DNA of 64,000 nucleotides from Paludibacter sp. (GCA_027450045.1 DAIDKM010000003.1:29187-93186); one strand, 5' to 3'. Shown: positions 10,623 through 20,567, counted from the stretch's first letter. Program-made: numbers and translations. Notes: generated by a model from the sequence alone, not told the origin.

Positions 10623-12254
10623 TTAATAACCGGGATTTTGTTGCAAAGTAGCATCTTTGTTAAGATCAATTTCAGATTGTGGTATAGGTAATAACATTTT
10701 GTTCATAGAAGTACTATCTAATCCAACAATTGGATGTGGACAATTAGCATCCTGGTTTAATCGCAATGCTCTTTTTGCCAATATGTTGACTCCCATTTCT
10801 TCGCCTACGCGCATCAAGGTCATTCTCCGATTTTCTTCTGCTAACAATTCCCGAGCTCTTTCATCAAGAATAAAATTGATGTTTATTTGCGATGCTGATA
10901 CAAGTGGCGCATTTGCTCTTGTACGAAGCACGTTGATGGAAGCGGCTGCATCAGCATAATGTCCTTCCTGACACTGGGCTTCTGCTAAAAGTAAATAGGT
11001 TTCGCCCAAACGCATCAGGATAAAGTCTTTCCACATGCCATAGCCGAATACATCATTTGGATCAAATTGTCCCCATTTCATTGTTTGAGGGCATATTTTA
11101 TAAACGGTATCGGCTCCTGCATAAGGGACAGGTTGTCCGTATGTGGCAGGATAAGCAGGATCATTATACCAATATCTTCGGTGAATATTGTACTTGGAAT
11201 TACGCATATCTCCCTGAGGATATAGTCCATACAAGACCCAGTTATTTAATCGCAATCTGGCTAAACTACGTCCGCCTAACGAATCGCAAATGGCAAGTCC
11301 TTTTATATTATAATAGGCAGCTCCCCAAACCCTTCGTTGTTGAGGATATCCAGTGGATCCACCAACTACTGTACTGGGATTTTCTTGTTGTAGCACCCAA
11401 ATTGCCTCTGTATTTCCTTGACTTCTTCGCTCGTTGCCATAAATAAACATATCATGAAAAGCATCCCCGGGTTGAGTAGCTTTAATTCCATAGCGATTTG
11501 TTACTAAGCTAAACAGTCCACTATTAATAATATTTTTGCACTGTGTTTCTGCATCACTATATTTTCCCATTCTCAAATAGGCTGTTGCCAACAGTTGTTG
11601 TGCTGCTGCTTGATTGACCCTTTCTTGATTTGCTACATGATTGACATCGGGTAAATAAGTAGAAGCATAAACCAAATCTTTTACAATCAATGCGTTCACA
11701 GAATCAAGCGGTGCACGTACAAAATTAGTTTGAGGACCTGTTACCGGCTTGGTTACCAACGGAACCCCTCCAAACAAGGTTGCTAATTTATTATAGGCAT
11801 AAGCCCTGAAAAACCGTGCCTCTGCATCAATTTTATTTTTCCCTGTTTGTGACAATCCTGTGACATTGGGAGACTCAATAGAAGTAATAATGTTATTGGC
11901 ATTATTAATCATTTGATACTGTAAGCTCCATGCTTCAGAAGCTGCTGCATCGGTTGATATCAACAAACTATAATTATAATATGGAATCTCTATCCCTTCC
12001 TGATTAGGAGTAGAATATGCGATATCGGTGCCGACTTGCCAAACACTAACCCATCCTTGGTGATTAGTCCATGTGTACCAATAACTTAATTGAGTGTATA
12101 AGCCCACTAAAGAAGCTTGAAATCCCAATGAATCGGTCAATGTTGATGGAGCGTAACTTGAGAAATTCTTTTCGTTGAGAAAAGAGTTGTTGCAAGAAAC
12201 AAATGTTTGCGCCATCAAGAACAAACAAAATACTGAAATAAATATATTTTTCAT
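10623..12254 (-). CDS. susD: SusD/RagB-family glycan-binding lipoprotein
   Basis: Lipobox FVSC; AEARFFRAYAY, LFGGVPLV, LMRLGETYLLLAEA, ILDERARELLAEENR and LLPIPQSEIDLN...QNPGY. Confidence 0.95.
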   Translation of the reverse strand: MKNIFISVFCLFLMAQTFVSCNNSFLNEKNFSSYAPSTLTDSLGFQASLVGLYTQLSYWYTWTNHQGWVSVWQVGTDIAYSTPNQEGIEIPYYNYSLLISTDAAASEAWSLQYQMINNANNIITSIESPNVTGLSQTGKNKIDAEARFFRAYAYNKLATLFGGVPLVTKPVTGPQTNFVRAPLDSVNALIVKDLVYASTYLPDVNHVANQERVNQAAAQQLLATAYLRMGKYSDAETQCKNIINSGLFSLVTNRYGIKATQPGDAFHDMFIYGNERRSQGNTEAIWVLQQENPSTVVGGSTGYPQQRRVWGAAYYNIKGLAICDSLGGRSLARLRLNNWVLYGLYPQGDMRNSKYNIHRRYWYNDPAYPATYGQPVPYAGADTVYKICPQTMKWGQFDPNDVFGYGMWKDFILMRLGETYLLLAEAQCQEGHYADAAASINVLRTRANAPLVSASQININFILDERARELLAEENRRMTLMRVGEEMGVNILAKRALRLNQDANCPHPIVGLDSTSMNKMLLPIPQSEIDLNKDATLQQNPGY

Positions 12255-12278
12255 ATTATTCTGATTTTAATAATGTCA

Positions 12279-15200
12279 TTATTTAAGGGAAACATTAAGA
12301 CCAAATACCACAGACCGTGCATTGGGATAATTATTAGTCCAACTGATGGAGCCATTATTAGTCGTAACGCCTCTCATTAAATAATTATCTTCCGGATCCC
12401 ATCCAATCCATTTGGTAAATGTATAAAGGTTTCTTCCACTGACATACAAAGTTAAGTTCTTAAACAACGTATGTTCTAATAGTGCCGGAGTGAAACTATA
12501 ACTCAAGGTCACATCTTTGATACGCGTGAAACTATTATCACATGGATACCCGTATCCGTATGTGTTATTATATGCAAGTGAAGGGCGTGTATTACTCATA
12601 TTGGCTGGAGTCCAGTACCCGACTGCTGCCGGTGTATTTCTTCTGCCTTGCTCATCGGCATAATTCAAATCAGGATTATTTTTTAGAGAACCTTGTGATG
12701 TCTGAATAAAGAAACTTAAGTGGAAACTCTTATATTCAAAGGTATTCGTGATCCCGCCTGTCCATTTTGGAGCAGTTTGGCCTAAAATAACTTTATCATT
12801 TGCATCAATCTTTCCATCACCATTTACATCCTTAAATTTCAAATCACCTGGTTTTGCATTGTATTTGGCAGCTTCAGTGGCTTCACTTGTTTGCCAAACA
12901 CCAAGCATCTTGTAATCATAGATCACTCCGAGCGGAGATCCGATAAACCACCGATTCCCGATATCGCTTGTTTTGTTCCCGTATAAATCCAGAATTCTGT
13001 TCCGATTCGTACTAAAAGTAATGCCCATAGACCATTTAAAGTCATTGGTGGAAATATTCACACTATTCAGCGTAACATCAATTCCTTCGTTACTTAATTT
13101 GCCTAAATTGTCCCAAACCGATGAATAACCGGTGATTACAGGAATATTCCGTTTCATTAGCAGGTCAGTCGTGCGCTTATCATAAACATCAACAGATCCA
13201 TTAATCCGTGCATTCAAGAATGAAAAATCCAACCCTACATTTGCTCCCGTAGTAGATTCCCAATGAAGATTTTCATTGCCCAAAATGCTAGATAGAACAC
13301 CAATCTGAGTGAGTCCATTAAAAGGATAGATTACACTGCCATCACTTGTTTCTGTCTGATTTACTCCAATAGCCATATTGCCAGTTGTACCGTAGGAAAC
13401 ACGCAATTTAAGTTGGTCTAAGAAGTTTCTGTAATTGCTCATAAATTTTTCACTTGCTATATTCCAACCCAAAGCTATCGAAGGGAAGGTTCCGTATTTG
13501 GAAGTGTTGGCCCCAAAAGCCGAATAACCATCACGCCGAGCCGTAGCTGTCAATAAGTAACGATTATCATACGAATAGTTTAGACGTCCCATTTGAGAAG
13601 CCATAGTGTACTGACTGGCAGATGAGCTTACGGATGGTGTTGATCCGGCTCCTAAATTATTATAGGTTAAAAGATCATTGATAAAGCCGGTTGCATTAGC
13701 TCCATCTGCAAAATAATTATTTTGTTGAGCGCTATACAAACCGGTAAAATCAATATGATGTTTTCCCCAATCCTTTGTATAAGTCAGTATGTTTTCGATA
13801 ATCCATAACGTTGTTTGCGTATCACTTATTGATGCTTGTCCTCCAACCGTGCTATTTGCATTTCTTCCGGTATAAGTTGCAGCGTGCGTGGGGTTATAGT
13901 CATATGAAGCATTTAATCTGTACTTTAGCCCTTTGATATATGGAATATCAAGTTCAGCAAAGAAATTGCCGTTTATATCCGCACGTTCATCAACATTTGA
14001 TTGATACAACCCAATCATAGGGTTTGTATATAACAATTCAGGATACATCGGATAAATTTGATATTGACCTGTGGTTGAATTCATTAATTGTCCATAAGGG
14101 CTCATAGCGGATGCGTTCAATAAGTTTACCCTCCCTCCGTTATAGTTGTTAGACATCAAGGATAAGTTGACTCCTGTTCTTAAATAACTTGTCACTTTAG
14201 CTTCAAGATTCGAACGAATACCTGCTCTGCTATAATTATATCCTTTAACTACTCCTTTCTCGTTGGTATAGTCTCCTGAAATGTAATATTTTATATTGTC
14301 AGCACCTCCGGAAATAGACAGATTGTGATCTTGTATGATACCGGTTTGTGTTGCCTCTTTAATCCAGTCCATAGTTTTTCCAGCATTATAGTTGGCGACT
14401 TCATATAAATTGGGGACTGGGCTTGTTTGTTTTTGCCCTGTTTCAGACATGTAATCGGCATATTTCTGTACATATTCAGCGCCATTTCTTGGTTGTAAAA
14501 CATGAGCAATGTCTTCCATTCCTCCATAAGCAGAATATGAAATTACAGGCTTCCCTGAGACTCCTTTTTTCGTAGTGATAAGGATGACCCCATTAGATCC
14601 TCGTGTTCCATAAATAGCAACGGACGAAGCATCCTTTAATATTTCCATAGAAGCGATATCATTGGGATTGATGTAATTCAAACTGCCTTGAAATGGGATC
14701 CCATCCACGATAATTAACGGGCTGGTGTTGGCATTGATAGAATTAGCCCCTCTAATCGTAACGGAAGGTGTACTTCCTGGAACAGCGGATGTTTCTGTTA
14801 TCGAGACCCCTGCCACTGCTCCTTCGAGGGCATTCAAAGCATTTGTCACTGGAATTTTTGAAAGTCTGTTAGCGGATACTGATGTGACCGATCCGGTAAT
14901 GTCACTCTTCTTTTGCGTTCCATACCCTACTACTACTACTTCGTTCAGGTTTTGGGCATTAGGGGTAAGTTTAATGTTCATAAAATCGCTGGTGGGTTTC
15001 ATGTCTTTTGACAAATACCCCATGTAAGTAACAGCTAATAAGGCATTGTTTGGTACTTCCATTGAAAATCTGCCATTCACATCGGTAATAGTTCCTTTTG
15101 CTGTGCCTTTGATAATTACATTTGCGCCAATCAATGCATCTCCTGTATTGGCATCGGTCACTACGCCTCTCACATGTTGATCTTGTGCATGCAATGTTGC

Positions 15201-15302
15201 AAAGCCTAAAAGCATAAAGCTTAGAGCAAAAAACATTCTCAAAAATTGTTTGGGTTGCATGGTGAGATGTCTCTCCATGCTGAAAATCCATTTCATTTTC
15301 AT
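12279..15302 (-). CDS. susC: SusC/RagA-family TonB-dependent transporter (exact start uncertain among several Met)
   Basis: LNEVVVVGYGTQKKSDITGSV, INPNDIASMEILKDASSVAIYGTRGSNGVILITTK, PGDLKFKDVNGDGKID; C-terminal YPNARSVVFGLNVSL. Confidence 0.96.
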   Translation of the reverse strand: MKMKWIFSMERHLTMQPKQFLRMFFALSFMLLGFATLHAQDQHVRGVVTDANTGDALIGANVIIKGTAKGTITDVNGRFSMEVPNNALLAVTYMGYLSKDMKPTSDFMNIKLTPNAQNLNEVVVVGYGTQKKSDITGSVTSVSANRLSKIPVTNALNALEGAVAGVSITETSAVPGSTPSVTIRGANSINANTSPLIIVDGIPFQGSLNYINPNDIASMEILKDASSVAIYGTRGSNGVILITTKKGVSGKPVISYSAYGGMEDIAHVLQPRNGAEYVQKYADYMSETGQKQTSPVPNLYEVANYNAGKTMDWIKEATQTGIIQDHNLSISGGADNIKYYISGDYTNEKGVVKGYNYSRAGIRSNLEAKVTSYLRTGVNLSLMSNNYNGGRVNLLNASAMSPYGQLMNSTTGQYQIYPMYPELLYTNPMIGLYQSNVDERADINGNFFAELDIPYIKGLKYRLNASYDYNPTHAATYTGRNANSTVGGQASISDTQTTLWIIENILTYTKDWGKHHIDFTGLYSAQQNNYFADGANATGFINDLLTYNNLGAGSTPSVSSSASQYTMASQMGRLNYSYDNRYLLTATARRDGYSAFGANTSKYGTFPSIALGWNIASEKFMSNYRNFLDQLKLRVSYGTTGNMAIGVNQTETSDGSVIYPFNGLTQIGVLSSILGNENLHWESTTGANVGLDFSFLNARINGSVDVYDKRTTDLLMKRNIPVITGYSSVWDNLGKLSNEGIDVTLNSVNISTNDFKWSMGITFSTNRNRILDLYGNKTSDIGNRWFIGSPLGVIYDYKMLGVWQTSEATEAAKYNAKPGDLKFKDVNGDGKIDANDKVILGQTAPKWTGGITNTFEYKSFHLSFFIQTSQGSLKNNPDLNYADEQGRRNTPAAVGYWTPANMSNTRPSLAYNNTYGYGYPCDNSFTRIKDVTLSYSFTPALLEHTLFKNLTLYVSGRNLYTFTKWIGWDPEDNYLMRGVTTNNGSISWTNNYPNARSVVFGLNVSLK

Positions 15303-15812
15303 AATTTGATTTTAATTATATGTTAACAAATAAAGCCAGTTTTCTGATTCTTTGAATCAGGATATTAACAGAGGTGTTAGCCTCAAAGGGTCGGGTTCAA
15401 AATGTTTCTTGTACAATCATTTTACATAAAGTATTTTACATAAGCAATTTGATTTAAGAGTTAATAATATCGATTAATCTTCGCAGTTTGAAGGTGCTTC
15501 TTTAGTAATTAGTTTGCTGTGACTTTAAGGACTAATTTTTTATCGCTTTTTGACGAAACTGTTGATTCTTGAGAAAAGAAAAAAGAAATTGATCGAGACC
15601 TTGTGAGGTAATATTGTTCTTTTTGGATTCAGAATAATATCCTAGGAGGTTTATTATTCACTAACATCAAGTTGCTATTCTTGCTATAACTTAATGAAGT
15701 GAGCAATCTTAAGATATAAACAACAAAGGAATTGTGGTTTTTCATAAGATATTAAAATTAGATTGTTAATGAAAATACTGAGATGAGACAAATAGAAATT
15801 CATCTCACATTG

Positions 15813-15820
15813 CAAATGTA
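15813..15820 (-). promoter_or_regulatory. Bacteroidota -7 promoter box, candidate susC promoter (~500-nt leader)
   Basis: TACATTTG on the minus strand matches TAnnTTTG. Confidence 0.55.
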
Positions 15821-15839
15821 AGATGAATAACCCATCACT

Positions 15840-15873
15840 TGTGGGGGAAATTCAGTCAGAATGAGGGGGTAAA
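15840..15873. promoter_or_regulatory. Direct repeat, candidate HTCS binding site
   Basis: TGTGGGGGAAAT (15840) and TGAGGGGGTAAA (15862), 22 bp apart and 9/12 identical, just upstream of the -7 box in AT-rich DNA. Confidence 0.5.
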
Positions 15874-15916
15874 ATAACTAATTTGAATTAACAAAAGTGG
15901 CGCTAAATCTTGATTA

Positions 15917-18900
15917 TCAATGAGTCAAATCTTCATCATTCAAAGATGAGTTCAATTTCATGTATTCTGATGGGGACACTTTATATTGTTCCTTGAAAGA
16001 GTTTCTAAAATGCTTAAGATCGTTGAAACCGACCATATAAGCCACTTCGGAAACAGTATACGATTGTGAACGGAGCATTTGCGCCGCTTTTTTCAGACGG
16101 ATTCCCCGTATAAATTCTACAATTGTAAAGCCGGATAGCGCCTTTAATTTGCGGTATAAGGCAGAATGACTCATGTTTAATTCTTCCGCAAGAAATAGTG
16201 CATCAAATTTTTCATTTAAAATATTTCTTTCTATGATCTCGATAACATCTGAAATGAATTTTTCGTCTTTTAATCCGAGTTGTACCTCTTCAGGTTGAAA
16301 TAATAAACTCCGAGAGATATGTTCTGCTAAAAGATTCCGAGATTTGATCAGATTATGAATTCTTGACGCTAATAATGAAGTACTGAACGGTTTTGTAATG
16401 TAAGAGTCGGCACCGATTTCATATCCCTCAATTTTATACTGAAGGGTATTTAATGCGGTAAGCATAATAACCGGGATATGGCAAGTTTTGAGGTCTGATT
16501 TCACTCTTTTACACAGCTCCAACCCGTCCATTTTAGGCATGATTATGTCAGTGATGATAATATCAGGAAGAAATTTGATAGCTAACTTTAGTCCCATTTC
16601 ACCGTTTGATGCCTCTAAAATTCTAAATTCTTCCACGAATGAATCTTTAATATAGGACATAATATCATCATTGTCTTCAACCACTAACATGATTTTTTTC
16701 TGACTATTTTCTTGTGACGATATGTCCGGTTCAGATGGTTCAGAAGCGACCTTTCCGCTTTCAAATGTGAGCATGGTATTCATGTTTGGAGTTGGTTTAT
16801 CTCCGTCGTTGAAGATTTGATCTTGAGAAAAATGATGATTCCCCCGTAATAAGGTGACCGTAAAACAAGAGCCTTTGCTCAATTCACTCTCAACAGAAAT
16901 ATCCCCTTTAAGAAGCAGAACCAGGTTCTTTGTTAAGGCAAGCCCTATACCATAACCCTGTGCTTCTTTCACCTCCTCAATACGATAGTACTGATCAAAT
17001 ATATTTTGTTTATGATCTTCTGAAATGCCAACGCCGGTATCTCTCACTTTTATCATAACAACTTCATTGCCATTGGCAATACCACACGTAAGTTCGAGAG
17101 ATACCTTCCCTCCTTCATGCGTATATTTATAGGCATTTGATAAAAGATTATTCAAAATAATGACAATTTTTTCCGGATCGTACCATAAATCTACTTCACC
17201 AGCACACGTCTCAATAACAAACTCAATGTTCTTGTGAGCGAAGAGTGGGTTGAATGAATAATAAACTTCATTGAGCAAGCTTGCAATGTTACCTCTAATA
17301 ATTCTGAGTTTCATTTCGCCGGCCTCTACCTTTCTAAATTCGAGCAACTTATCTATTAAGTTAAGCAATTGATTCGAGTTTCTGTGTATGAGCATCAATT
17401 TACGTACGATGGGCGCTGTTAGTTTTGATTCGCTGAGTAAATCTTCAAGCGGCCCAATAATTAGCGTGAGAGGGCTACGAAATTCGTGGGTAATATTTGT
17501 GAAGAATCGGAGTTTTTCCTGGTTCAATTGAGATTCTTTTTGTCTTGTGATTTTCTCGAAAAGAAGGTTTTGTTTCAAAAGACTCTTCTGCTGATAATAT
17601 TTATAAATACGAAATATGATTCCCAACAGAAAAACAAAATAGATCAAATATGCCCACCAGGTTTCCCAAAAAGGAGGCAGTACATTAATTACCAGAGAAG
17701 TATAAGCGCTCCCCCAATCTTTGGGGATATTGGTTGCTTTAACCATGAAAACATAACGCCCTGGCTTTAAATTTCGATAGGTTGCAATGCGTTCATTTCC
17801 GGTATAATTCCAGGTATTATCAAGTCCTTGCATCATGTAGGCATATTGAATTTTGTCTGGAGTTTGGTAATTAAGAGCAGAAAAAACAAGGGTAAAAAAA
17901 GATTGTTTGTAATTCAATGTGATCTCCCGTGTATTGATAATATTGCGCGATAGCGGGCTATCAGGGAATTGATCCGATCGTATGTTCACGCTTTTGTTAA
18001 AGAGTTGAAAATCGACAATGTGAACAATGGGGTATAAAACGGTTTTCCTCACTCTTTCAGGAGCAAAATAGCATAACCCGTACATGTTTCCAAAATACAT
18101 GATGCCTCCTGAAAATAAAGCCGATCCATCAGCAAATTCTCCGGCTGGAAGGCCATCCTGAATGTCATAATTGATAAAGTACTTTTTTTGCAAGGAAAAG
18201 CAGGAAATCCCTTTAATAGTACTGAGCCAAATATTTCCCGATTTGTCCTCAAGGAGCGCTTTTATGTTATCATTGGCTAACCCGTTATTTTCGCCATAAT
18301 TCTTAAAACTATTGTGGCTTGGATCATAAAGACTTAACCCTCCTCCATAGGTTCCAATCCATATTCTCCCTATATGATCCTGGATAATAGAAAAAACAGT
18401 ATTATTCCCAAGACTGCATGTATCATTTGAGTTGTGTAAAAAATGAGTGATTTCTGATGTTAATCGTTTGATATAATAGACTCCGGTTCTATAGGTCCCT
18501 ATCCAATAATTACCGGCTTTATCTTGTATCATGGCTCTTACGCTCGCTACGGTAAGTCCCCATTTACGCATTATAGAATTATTAAACGTATGGTTTTTAA
18601 TAGAAAACAAAGATAACCCTCCTCCATTTGTTCCCACCCATATTTTATGTTGAGCATCTTCGTAAATAACGCGAACATCATTATTCGGAAGGCTGGTTGA
18701 ATCATCCGGTATATTTTCATAATGTGTAAATCCGCCAGTTTTTGGATCATATCGATTCAACCCGCCAATGTAAGTTCCAAACCATAAATTACCTTCCTTG
18801 TCTTTTAAAGCACTTAAGACAGCATTGTCACTTAACGAACGAGGATTTTTATCCGAATGTTTGAATACTCTAATCTTGCCGGAGGAAGGGTTATATTCAT

Positions 18901-20101
18901 TAATGCCACCTCCATCCGTCCCAATCCATATATTGCCTTGATTATCATCACATATCCCCCATAATTTATGATAAGAAAGCCCGGGTTTGTTGTTTTTACT
19001 CTGATCTATGGTTAAGAATTGATCGGGAGTTCCACTGATAAAATTAATTCCACCTTTATATGTTCCGATCCATATATTATTGTCTTTGTCCTGATACAAA
19101 ACTTGTACGGTAGAATACGATAATCCGGTTTCATCATCCGACTCATAGATGTTTTGAAAAATAGCACGATCTGGATTCTCAATCATAGCAGCATTCAAAC
19201 GAAATTTACTAATTCCTCCAGTTTGTGTCCCAACCCAGATGACGCCTTCCTTGTCTTGTATAATGTTTCTCACAATATTGGAACTGAGACTGCTCGGATC
19301 ATTTGAGTGGTGGACAAAAGTGATAAACTTTTTAGTATTCTTCTCGAAAAGACTAAGTCCTCCATTTGTGCCGATCCATAAATTGTGATTCCGATCTTCA
19401 AAAATCACATTAATGATATTTGAGGGGATTGAGTTAGTCCTTTGTTGACCCTGTTTATAACAAAACACTTGATTCCTCCTGATATCATAAGCATAAAGAC
19501 CAGCATCTTGAGTCCCTATCCAAAGGATGCCGTAACTATCCTCCAGCAAAGCCGAAATCCTCCCATCGTTAAAGTGAGCATCGCAGCCCGGAACGTTCAT
19601 AATATGTGTAAAATGTGCGCTTTTCAGGTTGAAATAGGAGACTCCTCCTCCATTCGTCCCAATCCATAGATTGCCATCATTCGATTTTGTGATCTTAGAA
19701 ACTAAGTTGTTATTGATACTGAAGGTATTATGGTCGTTGTGCGTGAAGTGGATAAACCGGTCTTTATCATAATCATAGAGATTCAATCCGTTATTTGTAG
19801 CTATCCATAGTTGGTTGGATCCTGGTTGCTTATAAAGATCAGATATAAAATTATCAGAAATGGTGTTTGGATCGTGAGTGTCATGTCGAAACACGGTAAA
19901 CTTATATCCGTCATACCTGTTTAATCCGTCTTCTGTGGCAAACCACATAAATCCGTTATTATCTTGTACAATAGCATTTATGACAGAATTGGATAATCCC
20001 TGATACGTGGATATTTTTTTAATTATTAATGGAGATGGTTGTTGCCCAAATACAAACTCTTGTATCATAAGCAATATGGCAACTACGATAATTCTTTTCA
20101 T
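15917..20101 (-). CDS. Hybrid two-component system sensor-regulator (HTCS)
   Basis: Repeated Reg_prop propeller motifs (WIGTxxGG), Y_Y_Y domain, TM helix, HisKA FFTNITHEFRSPLTLI, HATPase, REC (DIIITDIIMPKMDG) and AraC HTH. Confidence 0.97.
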   Translation of the reverse strand: MKRIIVVAILLMIQEFVFGQQPSPLIIKKISTYQGLSNSVINAIVQDNNGFMWFATEDGLNRYDGYKFTVFRHDTHDPNTISDNFISDLYKQPGSNQLWIATNNGLNLYDYDKDRFIHFTHNDHNTFSINNNLVSKITKSNDGNLWIGTNGGGVSYFNLKSAHFTHIMNVPGCDAHFNDGRISALLEDSYGILWIGTQDAGLYAYDIRRNQVFCYKQGQQRTNSIPSNIINVIFEDRNHNLWIGTNGGLSLFEKNTKKFITFVHHSNDPSSLSSNIVRNIIQDKEGVIWVGTQTGGISKFRLNAAMIENPDRAIFQNIYESDDETGLSYSTVQVLYQDKDNNIWIGTYKGGINFISGTPDQFLTIDQSKNNKPGLSYHKLWGICDDNQGNIWIGTDGGGINEYNPSSGKIRVFKHSDKNPRSLSDNAVLSALKDKEGNLWFGTYIGGLNRYDPKTGGFTHYENIPDDSTSLPNNDVRVIYEDAQHKIWVGTNGGGLSLFSIKNHTFNNSIMRKWGLTVASVRAMIQDKAGNYWIGTYRTGVYYIKRLTSEITHFLHNSNDTCSLGNNTVFSIIQDHIGRIWIGTYGGGLSLYDPSHNSFKNYGENNGLANDNIKALLEDKSGNIWLSTIKGISCFSLQKKYFINYDIQDGLPAGEFADGSALFSGGIMYFGNMYGLCYFAPERVRKTVLYPIVHIVDFQLFNKSVNIRSDQFPDSPLSRNIINTREITLNYKQSFFTLVFSALNYQTPDKIQYAYMMQGLDNTWNYTGNERIATYRNLKPGRYVFMVKATNIPKDWGSAYTSLVINVLPPFWETWWAYLIYFVFLLGIIFRIYKYYQQKSLLKQNLLFEKITRQKESQLNQEKLRFFTNITHEFRSPLTLIIGPLEDLLSESKLTAPIVRKLMLIHRNSNQLLNLIDKLLEFRKVEAGEMKLRIIRGNIASLLNEVYYSFNPLFAHKNIEFVIETCAGEVDLWYDPEKIVIILNNLLSNAYKYTHEGGKVSLELTCGIANGNEVVMIKVRDTGVGISEDHKQNIFDQYYRIEEVKEAQGYGIGLALTKNLVLLLKGDISVESELSKGSCFTVTLLRGNHHFSQDQIFNDGDKPTPNMNTMLTFESGKVASEPSEPDISSQENSQKKIMLVVEDNDDIMSYIKDSFVEEFRILEASNGEMGLKLAIKFLPDIIITDIIMPKMDGLELCKRVKSDLKTCHIPVIMLTALNTLQYKIEGYEIGADSYITKPFSTSLLASRIHNLIKSRNLLAEHISRSLLFQPEEVQLGLKDEKFISDVIEIIERNILNEKFDALFLAEELNMSHSALYRKLKALSGFTIVEFIRGIRLKKAAQMLRSQSYTVSEVAYMVGFNDLKHFRNSFKEQYKVSPSEYMKLNSSLNDEDLTH

Positions 20102-20231
20102 GGTTTTCAGTGGGTAATGTCAAAGTTTGTATGAGGTCAATCAGATTAAATGAGGATTGTGGAGTAGTAATCTAATAATCAGTGTAATATGAATCGGTGA
20201 AAGGTAAAATATAAAATAACAATTATAGTGG

Positions 20232-20239
20232 CAAATATA
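20232..20239 (-). promoter_or_regulatory. -7 promoter box for the HTCS gene
   Basis: TATATTTG on the minus strand, with TTTG about 22 nt further upstream (20262-20265). Confidence 0.6.
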
Positions 20240-20325
20240 ATTCTTTTATCGCCATGTACCTCAAAGGAATGGCATTTCATGCCTGCTTTCCTCAAAATAA
20301 AGCAATTACTGATTTTCGGCTGATA

Positions 20326-20493
20326 TTATTGCAACCTCACAAAAGTTTGGATTGTTTCTCTTTGTTCTGCTAATGTCCTTTTCTCTCTTTTTGCAGATAC
20401 CCAATCATAAATCTGACTGATCAGATGTTCTCGTTGCTTCTTTTTGTTCTCCGACTTTATCCGCTCTTTCTTCGTAGTTGGTTCATATTTCAT
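20326..20493 (-). CDS. Small charged ORF (55 aa), hypothetical or gene remnant
   Basis: Manual translation MKYEPTTKKERIKSENKKKQREHLISQIYDWVSAKREKRTLAEQRETIQTFVRLQ*; below the ORF-track cutoff; no family recognised. Confidence 0.3.
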   Translation of the reverse strand: MKYEPTTKKERIKSENKKKQREHLISQIYDWVSAKREKRTLAEQRETIQTFVRLQ

Positions 20494-20512
20494 GCGAAGC
20501 TTGGTATAGGAT

Positions 20513-20567
20513 AATACCTATATAAAACCTATCTAATACGTATATGAAACCTATATAATACCTACTT
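20513..20567. repeat. 11-bp degenerate tandem array (5 units, core CCTATA)
   Basis: AATACCTATAT AAAACCTATCT AATACGTATAT GAAACCTATAT AATACCTACTT, preceded by an inverted TATAGG. Confidence 0.8.

Noticed and set aside
15779-15828. Invertible promoter (inverton) at susC
   Set aside because: The arms are only 8 bp and enclose 15 bp, too small for a typical invertible segment, and no recombinase is nearby. Kept only as a possible operator.
20513-20567. Replication-origin DnaA boxes or plasmid iterons for the 11-bp arrays
   Set aside because: No TTATCCACA-type boxes, and no dnaA or rep gene nearby.
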